Shown one piece after another: positions 39,439-53,520 of a DNA stretch of 64,000 bases (within the stretch, counting starts at the first letter, position 1; the number at the start of each line of letters is the position of its first letter). Origin of the DNA: the human T2T-CHM13v2.0 reference genome, Homo sapiens; NCBI RefSeq assembly GCF_009914755.1, contig NC_060947.1; one strand, 5' to 3'. A program made the position numbers and the translations under genes. The notes under the pieces were generated by a model that was not told where the DNA came from, made no database searches, and worked only from the letters and a program-made list of their open reading frames with translations.

Positions 39439-40604
39439 CCCCTGACTTGTTAATATCAGCATGCTCTGGGGCTTAGTCCTCCCACCTCTTCTCTCTGTTT
39501 TCCTTTCCATATCAGTCTTCAGTGGATCTATTCCAGTTGCATGATTTTATGTGATATCTGAATGCTGTATATCTCCAGCTCAGACCTCTCTCCCAGTTAA
39601 ATATACTCTTATATTTAACTGCCTGCTCAGCATCCATTGTTGGGTGTTTAATAAGCATGTCAAATGCAACATGTCCAAAATGATACTTTTTATATTCTCC
39701 CACCTACCCTTTACTACCAATCCTGCTTCTCCCAGTCTTCCCCATCTCAGTTAATGACAACTCCATCCACTTGCATGCTTTGGCCAAAGTACTTAGAGAC
39801 ACCCTTGATTCGTCCTGTATTCACATTTGATCCATTAGCAAATCCTATCACCCGCTCTCATCACCTCCACTTGGACCACCCAGGTCCACACTGCCGTTAC
39901 TCTTTTCTGGATTATCACAATGGTCCCCTGACTGGTTTCTCTGCTTCTGCCAAGGTTGGGTTATAAAACACAAAAAGACACACACACACACACAGACCCC
40001 AATATCAACTCCTCAGGACTCTGTCTTTTTGGATGTTTTCACAAACTGTTAGCCTGCTTCTGATTATAAAAGATTTCTTAGGCAAAAGCATTATGACCTT
40101 CCAGGAGAAGTTGAAATGTATCCATTATCAGCTGGCAAGAATACGCTCAGATGAAATAAATATGGAAGAAATGACTTTATTTACTCTCAAATGTGCTTGT
40201 TTTCTGGCTTTATTTTCCTTGTTTCCAATTCTTAAGGAAAAAAAAATCAACATAAATTAAGTTCCTTAGGTCCGCTCCAAGGGAAAGGAACAAATTCTTC
40301 TTTTTGCAATTTCGATAGTAATCTTCCTCCATCCATTTTAATATATGGACTAACTTCTAACCCCCTGTCCAGCTTCTATTCCATGTATGTGAATTAACTC
40401 CATGTTGCCTAAGTATTTAAAAGGACAGTAAATTAACTCTACTGAACATACTCACAGAAGTCAGCATAGCAGCACCAAAAACTTACATCAGAGTTCAATT
40501 AGCCACAAACTATTTTTTTCTTGTCAAATGTATAATTACACCACTATTATTTTCAAGAAAAGAAAATTGTGATATAATATCACTGCCAACTTATCTTTCC
40601 ATAA

Positions 40605-40825
40605 GGCAGTGATTTTCATCTTGGGGCTATTTTGTCTCCCAGGGCACATCTTGCAATAGCTGGACACGTTTTTGGTTGTTGCATGGTGATGGAGGATTGC
40701 TAATGGCATCTAGTGGGTAGAGGCCAGGGATGCTTCTAAACATCCTACAGTGCAGAGGGCAGTCTCCCATCACAAAGAACTACCTGGCCCAAAATATCAC
40801 AAGTGTCAAGTTTTAGAAACTTAGC
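40605..40825. mobile_element. MER20
   Basis: 'ggcatctagtgggtagaggccagggatgcttctaaacatcctacagtgca...ctggcccaaaat'. Confidence 0.85.
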
Positions 40826-43800
40826 TTTGAAGTTACAACACTCATTACTCCATGGGGCCATGGGAGATAAGTCCAGTTTTAAAAGATTTACATTTTATAA
40901 GTAAACTTCTGGTTTTCAGACTTTTGATGCCTTTCATTGAAGGCACAGCTTTTACATTTTCATCTCGGATAATGTTATATAAATTAACATATGTCATCTT
41001 TAAAGTCACCCATGTAGCACGAAACTGACTTTTGGAACTACTATGAGAAAAACTCAGTAACTACTAATTTCCTGAAACACTGATCTGGCACCAAACAGAT
41101 ACCCTGGAGATGAACAGAGAAGCATGAAGCATAGTCCATTGTATACAGTGTGTGTGGGAAAGATCTGGTGATATCTCGACTCCAGTTCAGGATGTGCAGG
41201 ATGTGTTTGAAATACAAGTTTCTGGATGGTTTGTTAGTGTCTACATTTATCAACCTGATATAGTATTCAAATCCTTTTTGGGTCTAATAGGGTCCCACAA
41301 TTTCTATAAATGAATGTGGTGTAAGATGACTTAGAATGCTTTTATTTCAAAACATTCAAATCAATCTCTCCCTATTACATGTATAAACATAGGTATAGGT
41401 ATAGGTATAACCCTGTAACCACTGGGGCCACATTAAATTAAAAATCTCACATCTATTGTGTTCTCTACTTTAAGAGGTTAACTAAAACATTAGCTTCCCA
41501 GAATGTGGATACTTAATGGACTTTAATGAAGATCTAGTGCAACCACTCCTTTTTATTACAAATGAGGAAAGAGAGGATCCCAGAGGATATGAGACTTTTC
41601 CAAGGCCAAAGAGCTGGTTATTGGCCAATCCTGGACAAGAGCTCCTCTTCTGTTAAAATATTCTGGGATTATTCCAACAAGCTAATCTTTCTTTGCTTAA
41701 CTTATTTGGAATCAAACTTTCCACAACTGCTGCATAAAGTTGTGTTGGCTAATTTATTGTGTCTATAAACTTGGTATAAGTCCCTGAGCAAGTTACTTAT
41801 TCCCATCCTTTTGTCTGAAGTGAAAATCTTCCACTAGGCACACAGCACAATGCTGTCTTCTCTGAGGTGAGCTGAAAAGTATTATATAATTCAGGCTTTA
41901 TAAGTGCAATGTGTGATACATAATACTTAATATATAATATGGTACAGTTAATGATTTTTTTCTCATAATGGCTTCTGAGGTATTATACCACTTTTAGAAC
42001 ACTACTTTCTTCCCAGAATATCAATTTTTTCACCCCAAAACACACTAAATGAACTAAAAGAAGTGATATGTCAACATTATTAATTTAGACAAAGATATCT
42101 TCATCAATTTACTTGACACAACAATTTTTAGTAAGAGAATATAGTAATATGAAACAAGTTTTATGTCTACCATGCTTGAACGAACTCAAAGGGTTTTGCT
42201 TGGTTTTTAAGCTAAGGAAGAAGGATAAACTGGTTGATGGCTGTTGGCCACATGTGCCATTTCCTCATTTTTGAGACACACCTTAATGTTGCCCCCTTGG
42301 TATATATTTCTTTCTGCACTATTTGTAAGTGTATTCTGAATATAATGCAACCATGAGCCCCAAAAGATTGGGAAGTTGGGAAAGAAAATGAGTCACAAAA
42401 AAATGACTCAACAAATCTTCACAACATTTATATTTATAGGTACAAAATCTACTTATGTATTTATCTATTTAGTATCCATTTAATCTAATTAGTGAACTTT
42501 TTTATTTCATGGTTTTCAGTAATGAATTACTGTTTTTAAGCAAAGAATAAAGCTGAAAGTGATTTGGGATTTTTATCATAAAGCCAAGTACTCAAGCACT
42601 CTCCACAGTTATAACTCTACAGGTTGCCGCTCCCTGTTCCCTAGTAGAATTAATTATTAAAACATTTGATTCCAGATCTTTTATTCTCTTTGTATATCTT
42701 CTCTTTTTATCTTTTCCTACAAGCTAGATACCACGGTATTGTAACAGACACTTCAAAAATGCCTGGAGTCAGGCATGGGACTTTATTAGGAGGCTCTGGC
42801 TGGAGCTTTTTGCAATGAAAACTAAATAATTCTGCATTTAAATGGAAATGAAAATATTTCATCCTGAATTATCTTTACGAGATGATTTCGGCTTTAACAT
42901 ATGAAAATAGCAGTTGAGATTGTTATCTGTGAATTTCTCAGGAGCTCCATTTTCGGACTATGTGGTCTATTTTAAACACACCATATGGATTATGTACTCT
43001 AAGAACTACTCTCGACTAAAAAAAAAAAAAAAAAAAAAACTTTGCAAACACAAACCACCCAGCTCTAAAGTCCCAGCTGGCACTTCTGTTACCCATAAGT
43101 GCTCTCTTCTGTTTATGTTTCTTACACCCACATGTATATATGTTTGCAGTTGGAACCCTTCACCCTTGTCTCTTAAAAATTCCTTGAGCAACAAGGCAAC
43201 TGCGAATGAGATTTTGCTCCATTTCTTGTAGCACGAACAAGGCCAACACTGCAGGCAGACAGCTGGTGAGAGAACACATGGTCCAGAATCTTCTCCTCCT
43301 CCTCTTCCATCTAAATTTGCTTGTCTTGTGTTCCATTCCCTTGAGGCTCAACTCTCTGCTCTCATTGATGCCACCCAGTCTGATGAACCAGCATTTCCCA
43401 AAGATGTGTGTTTTACAAGCTGTTAGCAAGAGTCCCATGAAAAGATGGGTTCCATGGTTAAAAGCATAGGAAGTCAGAACTTATCAAAACCTTTTATGCC
43501 CAGGACTTTCCATGTTATTGTTCATTATAAATATATTAGATGGGATAGCAAAGTACAGATTTTTAAAAAATGTTTAAATATTTTCATATTTTTCCCCGAG
43601 TGTCCTACAGAAAGAATAGACCATAGAACTCATTTTGGGAAATACTGCTAATGTTAATGGCATAAAGGAACTTTTCAAGATCTAACACTATATCCCAGTG
43701 GCATGGGTCTCAAGTAGGACAGGCAGGCTGCAGGGGAAGCTATTTTTAAATAAGTGGAGCTATTGGCACATATCAGGGACCACCACACAAGTGGTTGCCA

Positions 43801-45103
43801 GTTTCCGTCTGATAATAGAGTTCCCTGTGACATAGTCACATTGTCACACATCTAGGAGTGACAGCAATGATTTCAGGGATAATGAACTACACAAGAGCAA
43901 TGCAGAAAGTAGACAGAAATTTTAACTGCACTTTTCAGGGTTTATGAATTACAAATAGTAGCAATCCTTTCATCCTCCACTACACAATGATTACCTTAAG
44001 TATGGAGATCAGGTTGTTCCTTGATGTTGCCCTAGGCTCGACTATGTACAGGGTCTGGCACATGTGTGCACTCCATAAATATTTGCAGAATGACTCATTG
44101 AAGCAGTGATCACCAGATTTGGTCATTCAGCTCAGTTTTTATCTTTCTATCTTCTCTACAATTCCAATCACCTTTTCACATATGATCATGGGAATCTGTA
44201 GATACGGAAACCAGAGAGGACATCTAGTCTGCTATTTGTCATCAGTCTGAAAGCTACATCTATTAGATGAATGACAGCTCCCCTATCTTTACAAACCCCA
44301 GTAAAAGAGGCTTCAAATCTTCCTTATTACCTTGTTTGAGTTGAATTACACTCACTACTAGGAAACTCAATCTCAATCGCACCTTCTATCTTATGTAAGC
44401 ATTCAAAAGGCACTGGAGGGATGGTGGCCATTTCCCTGGATGTATCAAGTCCAACCATAACCCTTTGTCAAAAGCACCAAAGAACAATATTTTTCTTGAT
44501 GCATGATCAGATGAAGGACGTTCTCTGGAATCTAATTTCCATTCCCACCTTTTAAAAAATACACACACACATACACATATACACACATGCATATATCTGT
44601 GTGTATGAGAGTGTATTTATATGTGAGTATGTGTGCTAATATCATCACTTGGCTAATCATGTAGGTTCAAGATTTTAGCCATTTTCATATCCTCCTCCTT
44701 CTGTGAACTTTGCTTATTTAATTAACTACTGAATTGGGTTTATACTGCTTCTGAAATGATGTTCGTGCCCATTGGATCATCTCCAAATTACTACTACTAG
44801 TTCAGCCTTCTTTCTCTTTCATTTAGACTATGCAGTAGGCTTCAAACTGGTAGAGAGATGTTTCCAAACTCCCCATCCAGTATTGTATTTGTATAGCAAC
44901 TTATAACTGCTAAAATGTCTTCTAATATATTATTTTATGCATATGACAATTCTGTGGACTAGGCAGTATGGCCTCTGTGTGCAGATGAGGTAGTGGTGAA
45001 CAGTAAACAATTAGCTCAGTGTCCCACCACTATTAATTTATGTGTCAACAAATCACCTCTTTTCTCCTCCTCTTTTTTCCCCATAGACCTTAGGTATTTT
45101 TTT

Positions 45104-46605
45104 TTATTATACTTTAAGTTCTAGGGTACATGTGCACAACGTGCAGGTTTGTTCCATATGTATACATGTGCCATGTTGGTGTGCTGCACCCATTAACTCG
45201 TCATTTACATTAGGTATATCTCCTAATGCTATCCCTCCCCCCTCCCCCCACCCCACAACAGGCCCCAGTGTGTGATGTTCCCCTTCCTGTGTCCAAGTGT
45301 TCTCATTGTTTAATTCCCACCTATGAGTGAGAACATGCGGTGTTTGGTTTTTTTGTCCTTGTGATAGTTTGCTGAGAATGATGGTTTCCAGCTTCATCCA
45401 TGTCCCTACAAAGGACATGAACTCATCGTTTTTTATAGCTGCATAGTATTCCATGGTGTATATGTGCCCCATTTTCTTAATCCAGTCTATCACTGATGGA
45501 CATCTGGTTGGTTCCAAGTCTTTGCTATTGGGAATAGTGCTTCAATAAATATACATGTGCATGTGTCTTTATAGCAGCATGATTTCTAATCCTTTGGGCA
45601 TATACCCAGTAATGGGATGGCTGGGTCAAATGGTATTTCTAGTTCTAGATCCTTGAGGAATCACCACACTGTCTTCCACAATGGTTGAACTAGTTTACAG
45701 TCCCACCAACAGTGTAAAAGTGTTCCTATTTCTCCACATCCTCTCCAGCACCTGTTGTTTCCTGACTTTTGAATGATCGCCATTCTAACTGGCGTGAGAT
45801 GGTATCTCATTGTGGTTTTGATTTGCATTTCTCTGATGGCCAGTGATGATGAGCATTTTTTCATGTCTGTTGGCTGCATAAATGACTTCTTTTGAGAAGC
45901 GTCTGTTCATATCCTTCACCCACTTTTTGATGGGGTGGTTTGTTTTTTTCTTGTAAATTTGTTTGAGTTCATTGTAGATTCTGGATATTAGCCCTTTGTC
46001 AGATGAGTAGACTGCAAAAATTTTCTCCCATTCTGTAGGTTGCCCATTCACTCTGATGGTAGTTTCTTTTGCTGTGCAGAAGCTCTTTAGTTTAATTAGA
46101 TCCCATTTGTCAATTTTGGCTTCTGTTGCCATTGTTTTTGGTGTTTAGATATGAAGTCCTTGCCCATGCCTATGTCCTGAATGGTATTGCCTAGGTTTTC
46201 TTCTAGGGTTTTTATGGTTTTAGGTCTAAAATTTAAGTCTTTAATCCATCTTGAATTAATTTTTGTATAAGGTGTAAGGAAGGGATCCAGTTTCAGCTTT
46301 CTCCATATGGCTAGCCAGTTTTCCCAGCACCATTTATTAAGTAGGGAATCCTTTCCCTATTTCTTGTTTTTGTCAGGTTTGTCAAAGATCAGATGGTTGT
46401 AGATGTGTGGTATTATTTCTGAGGGCCCTGTTCTGTTCCATTGGTCTATATCTCTGTTTTGGTACCAGTACCATGCTGTTTTGGTTACTGTAGCCTTGTA
46501 GTATAGTTTGAAGTCAGGTAGCATGATGCCTCCAGCTTTGTTCTTTTGGCTTAGGATTGTCTTGGCAATGGGGGCTCTTTTTTGGTTCCATATGAACTTT
46601 AAAGT
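45104..46605 (-). mobile_element. 5'-truncated L1PA (PA4/PA5-like), ~1.5 kb
   Basis: Antisense 3'UTR and ORF2 C-terminus ('[26 protein letters not shown]'); TSD gaccttaggtattttttt at 45086-45103 and 46606-46623 with TTTT/AA endonuclease site. Confidence 0.97.
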
Positions 46606-48349
46606 GACCTTAGGTATTTTTTTAAGTAAGTTGTTAATGACTGCTAAACAAGAATGTATTAAGTGGGAAAAGACAAAATTTGTCTTTATATATAATTTTA
46701 AAAGTTATTAACCATCAAAATCTTAAAATAAATATGTATGTAAAGTTAAATAATTCTACTTAAAATTAATTAATTTATACTATGAAAAATTATGTAATTT
46801 CTAAAATTCCTATGGGCATGTGAAAAGCCATATATGGCCATGAAACGATTCTGTTATTTCCTAATTGTTGTGGTTTGTAGGTCTGACTAAGTAGAACTAC
46901 ATGTGGGGTGCAGACCCTGCATTTGTCCATTCTTTACTCCCAGCATAGGATGACTCTTTCCAGTATCTCCAATTTGCCAAATCCTGTCCACCCTCCAAGT
47001 CCCAGTTAGTATGCCATTCCCCTCCCCTACCCACTGACCCATAAGGCCTTGTCTGTTACCTTAGGTTGTTGTTTAAAACTCTCTTAGGGAATTCAACAAA
47101 TCCTAGCCTAAATCATAGTTATCTAGGTATACATTCTCCATCGTTACAGAATCATTCATTCATTCACTGATTCAACAAATAACCTTTCAGCATTGTTACC
47201 ATGCCATTCTGGGCCCTGAAAACAAAGGGAGTGAGAAGAAATAAATTCTGCCTTAAGAGTGCCATCTTGTGCAAGCAGCTGCTGTCTTTGCTATATCACA
47301 TGTATGAGTGAATAGTGTTGCTGTGTCCAGTCCAGCAAATCTGACTGCAGACCTCAGTTTACTGAGGCTGTTTATTCTACTGCCTCTCTAGTGTAGCCTG
47401 AGACTGTAAATTTATCAGAAAGAAATTCAGCATTTCAGCCTTGCATTTAGTATCTAACAGCTAACTGCACTTCAAACAGAATGGCGCTTCTTTTGAGAAA
47501 GAAGTATCTCTCACATGAGCCCAGCATTCCATGAACCAATGAACGAAAGTGTTGTTTAAACATTCTATTTCTCCCTGAATTCTTCTCTTAATTAATTATG
47601 TAGCTCAGGGTAGTAACAATAGTAAGGAAATCTGATACAGCCAGAGTTCTTTTCCACTAACAAACTTTTAGACCTTCTTATTTATGTTTATATTTACATT
47701 CATATATGGGAGTGAGTTAATTTTACAAAATACTCTGAGTTCAGTGGGAGTGAGAAGTGTCCATGGCATCCTTGAGTAATTGGGGACAATTGTTTGAGTG
47801 CTTGGTGCTAACTGTAACTGTCAGTTCATCATTTATATAACAAACTCTTATGAAGATGTCTTTCCACAGCCAGCATAAACCAATACGCTAACGTTGGAGC
47901 AAAGGGAAAAAAACTTTTAGTAGACTTTGTAAATTACAGATTCCATCACTATTTTATGGGTTGGCCAGTTCTTTCAAAGTAGGATTTGATACAGCTTACA
48001 AGTTAGTATATAAATTCCAAATAAAAATGGGAAATTGAGGTCATGGAATGAAGTAGAAAGAAAATGTACACTGGCACATTTGATGGCACTAAACAAGTTT
48101 AACTCTGAGCTTCTTGCTGGCAAGGGCAAAAAGAGAAAAATGACCAGTAACTGAGATATCATTAGCAGAATGGACAACACATATGAATGTTCTCCTTGGC
48201 TAACCTCCTCAGTTGGAGATTAGATGGTAGTTTCCTCATCTTTACCTCTCAGTTTGCTAAACTGGATCTTCCTTTCCAAGTGGAAGTTTGGGCTCCATTA
48301 AGTTTTACCAAGTTTCCTCTGTAATCGAAGACAGTATTGTGTTTATAGC

Positions 48350-49440
48350 TAATAACTGGGATGGCTGCCTTTTCTCCTGACCCTGGTAATCCATTCTTCA
48401 GAGAACAGTTAGAGTGATCTCTCACAAACAGACATCAGAGCAGGTCTGTCACATATCCACCATCCTCCCAAGACTTTCCATCACACTTAGCATAAGTCCA
48501 GACTCAGACTCCTATGCCTAACCCAGAGGTCTCCAACCTTTTTGGCACCAGGGACCAGTTTCATGGAAGACCATTTTTCCATGGACCAGGGAGGGGGTAG
48601 GATTCTTGCGCATTACATTTATTGTGCACTTTATTTCTATTATTATAACATTATAATACATAATGAAATAATTATACAACTCACCATAATGTAGAATCAG
48701 TGAGCGCCCTGAGCTTGTTTTTCTGCAACTAAATGGTCCCAGCTGGGGGTGACAGGAGACAGTGACAAATCATCAGGCATTAGATTCTCATACGGAGCAT
48801 GCAACCCAGATCCTTCGCATGCACAGTTCACAACAGGGTTCACATTCCTATTAGAATCTGATCCAGCCACTGATCTGACAGGAGGCAGAGCTCAGGCAGT
48901 AATGCAAGCGATGGGGAATGGCTGTAAATACAGATGAAGCTTCCCTCACTCGCCCGCCCACCATTCACCTCCTGCTGTGTGGCCGGGTTCCTAACAGGCC
49001 AGGAACCAGTACTGGTCCATGGCCCAGGGACTGGGGACCCCTGCTCTAACCCACATGACCCTACAAGATCTGAACACTGCCTCAGCTTCCAACTCCCTTT
49101 CCCTCTCTCAATTCTACTTTAAGCACTGTGGTCATCTATTTCTGGAATACACCAGGCTTATTTACTCCTCTGGGTCTTAGCACTTGCTCCTCCCTCTGCC
49201 TCAAAAGCTCTTCCCTAGATTTTCACATGGTTTGCTTTTTCATGCATTCAGAAATAATGCAAATGTTAAATTCTCGAGAGGTGCTTTCCTGATGACCACA
49301 AAACCAGTCTGAACATCACATTTTATCACATTACTGGGTCTTATTTTCTTCACCACACTTAGCACCTGAAGTGATCTTGATGCCTGTCTCCATTTGCTTG
49401 TTTGTCTGTGTCATCACTAGCATGTAAACCCACAAGAGAA
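48350..49440 (+). mobile_element. L2 fragment interrupted by MER1A
   Basis: 'aatccattcttcagagaacagttagagtgatct', 'gcacttgctcctccctctgcctcaaaagctcttccc'. Confidence 0.75.
48524..49043. mobile_element. MER1A (hAT-Charlie), 520 bp
   Basis: TIRs cagaggtctccaacc / gactggggacccctg; degenerate 8-bp TSD gcctaacc / ctctaacc. Confidence 0.92.
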
Positions 49441-49607
49441 GTTGTGCATGACGTGTGGTGGTGATGAAGAAATCATTAATGAAAGATATATTATAAATGG
49501 ATTTTATTATTAAAATGTATAAAATGAAAGAGAAATACAAATATATCATAGTTATTTCCTTTCCCAAACTATCTGGTTAATGTCTACATCAGTGAATTCA
49601 CTTAATA

Positions 49608-49828
49608 CAGGGGTTGGCAATTATTTTTCTGTAAAGGACCACTAAATAAATATTTTAGGCTTTGTGGGCCATATGGTCTCTGTCTCAATTACTCATCTCT
49701 GTGCTTGTAGCACAAAAGTAGCAATACATAATACATAAACAAATGGGTGTGCCTGTATCAATAAAACTTTATTTTAAAAAATAAGCAGCCATTGGATTTG
49801 GCCCTTAGGCCACAGTTTACCAAATGCT
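49608..49828. mobile_element. MER58A
   Basis: 'caggggttggcaa...ctgtaaaggacc...aaatattttaggctttgtgggccatatggtctctgt'. Confidence 0.88.
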
Positions 49829-50779
49829 AATATAGCATGTAGATCATAGTTAGTACCAAGAAAATCAGAGTTGCTGTTAAAAGTAAAAACAAATAACAAC
49901 AAAAAAATCAATGTTAAAAAGAATCCAGAACACTGGAGCAAAAATTCATATGTATAAAAAATGAAACAATAATAAGAATAATAAAAAAAACCAAATAGCA
50001 GCAATGCCAATGTCCATATCCTGGTTTAGGCCACACTCCCGAGCTTCACTCCATGGCTGTGAAAAGATGATCCTCTCTCTAGAATATGCTGATGAGATCA
50101 TACTTGGAAAAATGTAGACAGGTCCAGGCACTTCATTAAGGAGAAAATGGAAAAAAATGTCCAAAAACTTTGGAAAGCCTTCCTAGTCGCTGGAGTGCAT
50201 TCAGAAGCATGCAGCCAGAAAGGCAGCTTGGGAAGCGAACAATTGCAGAATGATTAAAAAGGCCACAGGCTATGAAACAGGGTGGAATAAAGGAAGACTA
50301 CAGGGGACACGTGAAAGCATTTATGTAAGAATGCTGCACAAGCTGCAGAAAGAGGTATGTGCTGTTCATTCTATCTGAAGATTTGAAAACATAAAATAGA
50401 ATGAAATTTGGAGATACATATTGGATCCAAATTTTCCCACCGAGTTTAGAAAAAAATAGTAATATCTCTTCTTTTAAAGTCTCTCCCAGTGATTCTAGAA
50501 AATGTTTCCAAGAATATATTTACATTTATTTAGCACTTCACAGTTTTTAAGGTACATTTGAACACTCCATTCCAATTTGATCATTGAGGCAGGCAAGAAA
50601 AATTTTACTATCCCTGTTTTGTAGATGAAGGAACAGAAGTTCAGAGAGGTGAACTGGGTTGGCTAGTAAGTAATTGGGTAAAGGGCATAAGCTTTGGAGC
50701 CATGTAGATCTGAGTAAAATTCTAGCTTAAGTCATTGGGCTTATTACTACTTAAGACAGAACTTTCTCTGAACACCTAC

Positions 50780-50969
50780 ATCTTCATGGACTCAATGTTA
50801 CACTTGGGAAATTTCTGGCTTGACATGAGATATACCTGAAGTACATTTAAAAAAATGTAGCTATTCTTGAGCTTCACCCAGACCAATTAAATAAAAATTT
50901 CTGGGAGTAGGGCTCAGACATCAGCAATATTTAAATATGCCAAGGTACCACCAAAGTTGAGAATCACTG
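50780..50969. mobile_element. MER5-family fragment, preceded by MIR pieces (~50520-50780)
   Basis: 'cacccagaccaattaaataaaaatttctgggagtagggctcagacatcag...aagttgagaatcactg'. Confidence 0.65.
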
Positions 50970-50977
50970 ATCTAGTA

Positions 50978-51199
50978 CAAGGGTTGGCAAATGTTTTCTG
51001 CAAAGGGCCAGATATTAAATATTTTAGTCTGCTTACCATTCAGTCTCTGCCACAACTACTCAACTGTACTGTTCCATGGCAAAAGCAGCCTTAGACAGTA
51101 TATAAACAAATGGGCATGGCTGTGTTCCAATAAAATTTTATTTACAAAAGCAGGCAATGGGCCAGATTTGGCCCAAGGGCCATGGTTTACCAACCCCTG
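50978..51199. mobile_element. MER58A with perfect TSD
   Basis: TIRs caagggttggcaaa / tttaccaacccctg; 8-bp TSD atctagta at 50970-50977 and 51200-51207. Confidence 0.93.
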
Positions 51200-52249
51200 A
51201 TCTAGTAGAAGATTTCTATGGAAAGAGACGTCTGGAGATGTTAAAGACCTCATCATTCATCAATAACAAAGTCAAAGCCAGGATTCTGCTGTTCTGCCCA
51301 CTGGCCTGCTGTGGTCCTACTACCAGCTCTCTCTGTGTCTTGGACATGCTGTGCTTTATTCTCAACAAGCTTAAAACATTGCTCCAGAATAACATATCAA
51401 TCATTTAATGGGAAGAGGGCTGCCTTTAGACAGAGACAGCCATGGTTTTCAGTCCCAGCCCTGCCACTCATTAGCAGAAGCAGTTCCCTCAAACCCTCTG
51501 TGTCTGACTGCCTTCATTAATAACCCAGATATGAGATTCCCCGCAGAGAATTTCTGTGTGGGTTAAATGAGGATGAAATGGCCTGGCACCACAGTTGGCA
51601 CATGGTAATTGCTTGATACTGATTCCACCACGTGCAGACTTTTATTATTTTAAGATGTGCTCTTTTACACTTCATGTAAAATATTGGAAAAAACTGAAGT
51701 CTTAGGAAAAGATATATATTTTACTAAAATTTACTCTCACAATCAGAGAGGAGAAGGAACATATTGAAAAGGGGATCGAAAGAGGGGTAAAGGAGATATG
51801 TGAAGAAGCTCCCCAAAGAGATTCTGATGGCCATGCCCAACCTTACCACCAACTGAGAATCACCAGCCTAGAGTCTGAATAGTCTTCCAGCACCCCAGAA
51901 GTTGAAACGAGATGAAGACAGTGCAAAGATTATATATATTTTAAATCAGATATATGAGAAATGTGGTGTGGGTTTGTTTACTCCATCCTCCTAGGCTTGG
52001 TGACTTAAATATGAATCTAAATACCGTAATTCATTATTTTTCATTAAATATAGGAGACATGTTAGTCAAAGTGTGACTTCAGGATTTAGTTGACATGACA
52101 AAATTGATTTATACTGATATTTGTGAATTTAGTGACTTTTTAAAATACCCTAGGGTGGTCATCAAGCTACCTATCTTTCCACTGAGGTTTAGAAGATTTC
52201 TATGTCACATATTCTAAAAGATTGGGATACTAATTCCTATGAGCAGGAA

Positions 52250-52790
52250 TTGTTGGTTGACTGTACAACATCCATTTCCTTCCTTGCTTGCTAAGGGATC
52301 CCTATATCATTCAAAGATTTCTTGCTCCTAGGCCATCATGTGTTTCACGTGAGGGAGTCTGAACCTATCCTCAGCTCTACCTGTGGGCCTGATTGAGGTA
52401 GAAATAATGTATGTCTTCTCACTTGTGATTGGATAGAAAATGGGTATGTGACCTTATTCTGGCCAATGAGAGATGAGAGGAAGTCACATAGGGCTTCTAG
52501 GACAAGTTTCCTAATTCTTTTGAGAGGGCAACAGAAGAGACGGTCTCTCTTCTTTCTTTGGAAAGCATTGTTTCTGTAGGCGATGCCAAGATCCATCATC
52601 TTGCCTAAAGTTAATCTGATAATAAAGGTGGCCATGGGGCAAGTGGTATCAAGAACTTGGATCTTTGTTGACATCATTATGTCGTGGAATCAACCACCCT
52701 GAACATGCTCCATCTATGGATGTTTCTTTATGTGAGTTAATACCTCTCCTTCTGGTTCAAGTCAATTTGATTGAGAATATCTTGGTTCCA
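52250..52790. mobile_element. Old MaLR LTR (MLT1J/K-like)
   Basis: 'gggtatgtgaccttattctggccaatgagagatgagaggaagtc', 'ttatgtgagttaatacctctcc'. Confidence 0.7.
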
Positions 52791-53309
52791 AAAGCATGCT
52801 CCTGAAGCCAAAGTACAGCATGGAGTAGCATATTTGCTACATTTGGTAACCTGAGGCTTCATAAGGAATGCAAGTAGTCTGGCATTTTGAAGATTTTAGA
52901 AGAGACATGTTCTTTATTAACAAATTTCTACGGACAAATCTCACAGCTGGATGACAATATACCCAGAAGTAATACCATTAATCTTTAGGGAAAGCAATGT
53001 CTTTGGAGTTCAGACCACTTGAATGCACACATATTTGCCAATCTTGTACACAACTCAAAATTTTGGTTTTAATTCATCATTTCAAAGTACAATAAAATGT
53101 TCACCAGAGCAACCAAATAAATGAGAAAAACTTAAATTTACGGCTTCAAAATAATATAGGTTATAAATTATTTCTCTTAGCTCAGCATTTGAACTTCCTG
53201 TACTCATTCATCCCGTAAATACTTATTGAGCTCCTATTATGTGCTAGGTGTACGGAATATAGAAATAAAAAGGGCAAAAATCAGTCCTTTAAGGGAATCA
53301 GAGGCTATC

Positions 53310-53520
53310 AGAGTCCTGTACAGTAAACCTTTCTGCAATGATGGAAATGTTCTATATCTGTACTGTGCAGTACAGTAGCCCTAGCCACCTGTGGCTAAAG
53401 ACTACTTAAAATGTTGCTATTGCAACTTAAGAACAGAATGTTTAATGGAATTTAATTTTAATTAATTTAAATATAAATAGTCACATGTACCTCGTGGTTT
53501 CCATATTGGACAGTACAGTC
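53310..53520. mobile_element. MER3-like hAT element inside an L2 fragment (~53200-53725)
   Basis: 'ctttctgcaatgatggaaatgttctatatctgtactgt...ctagccacctgtggct...ccatattggacag'. Confidence 0.82.

Noticed and set aside
49608-51199. Two MER58A copies 1.4 kb apart as a local duplication
   Set aside because: They are diverged, share no flanks, and the second has its own perfect TSD, so they are independent insertions.
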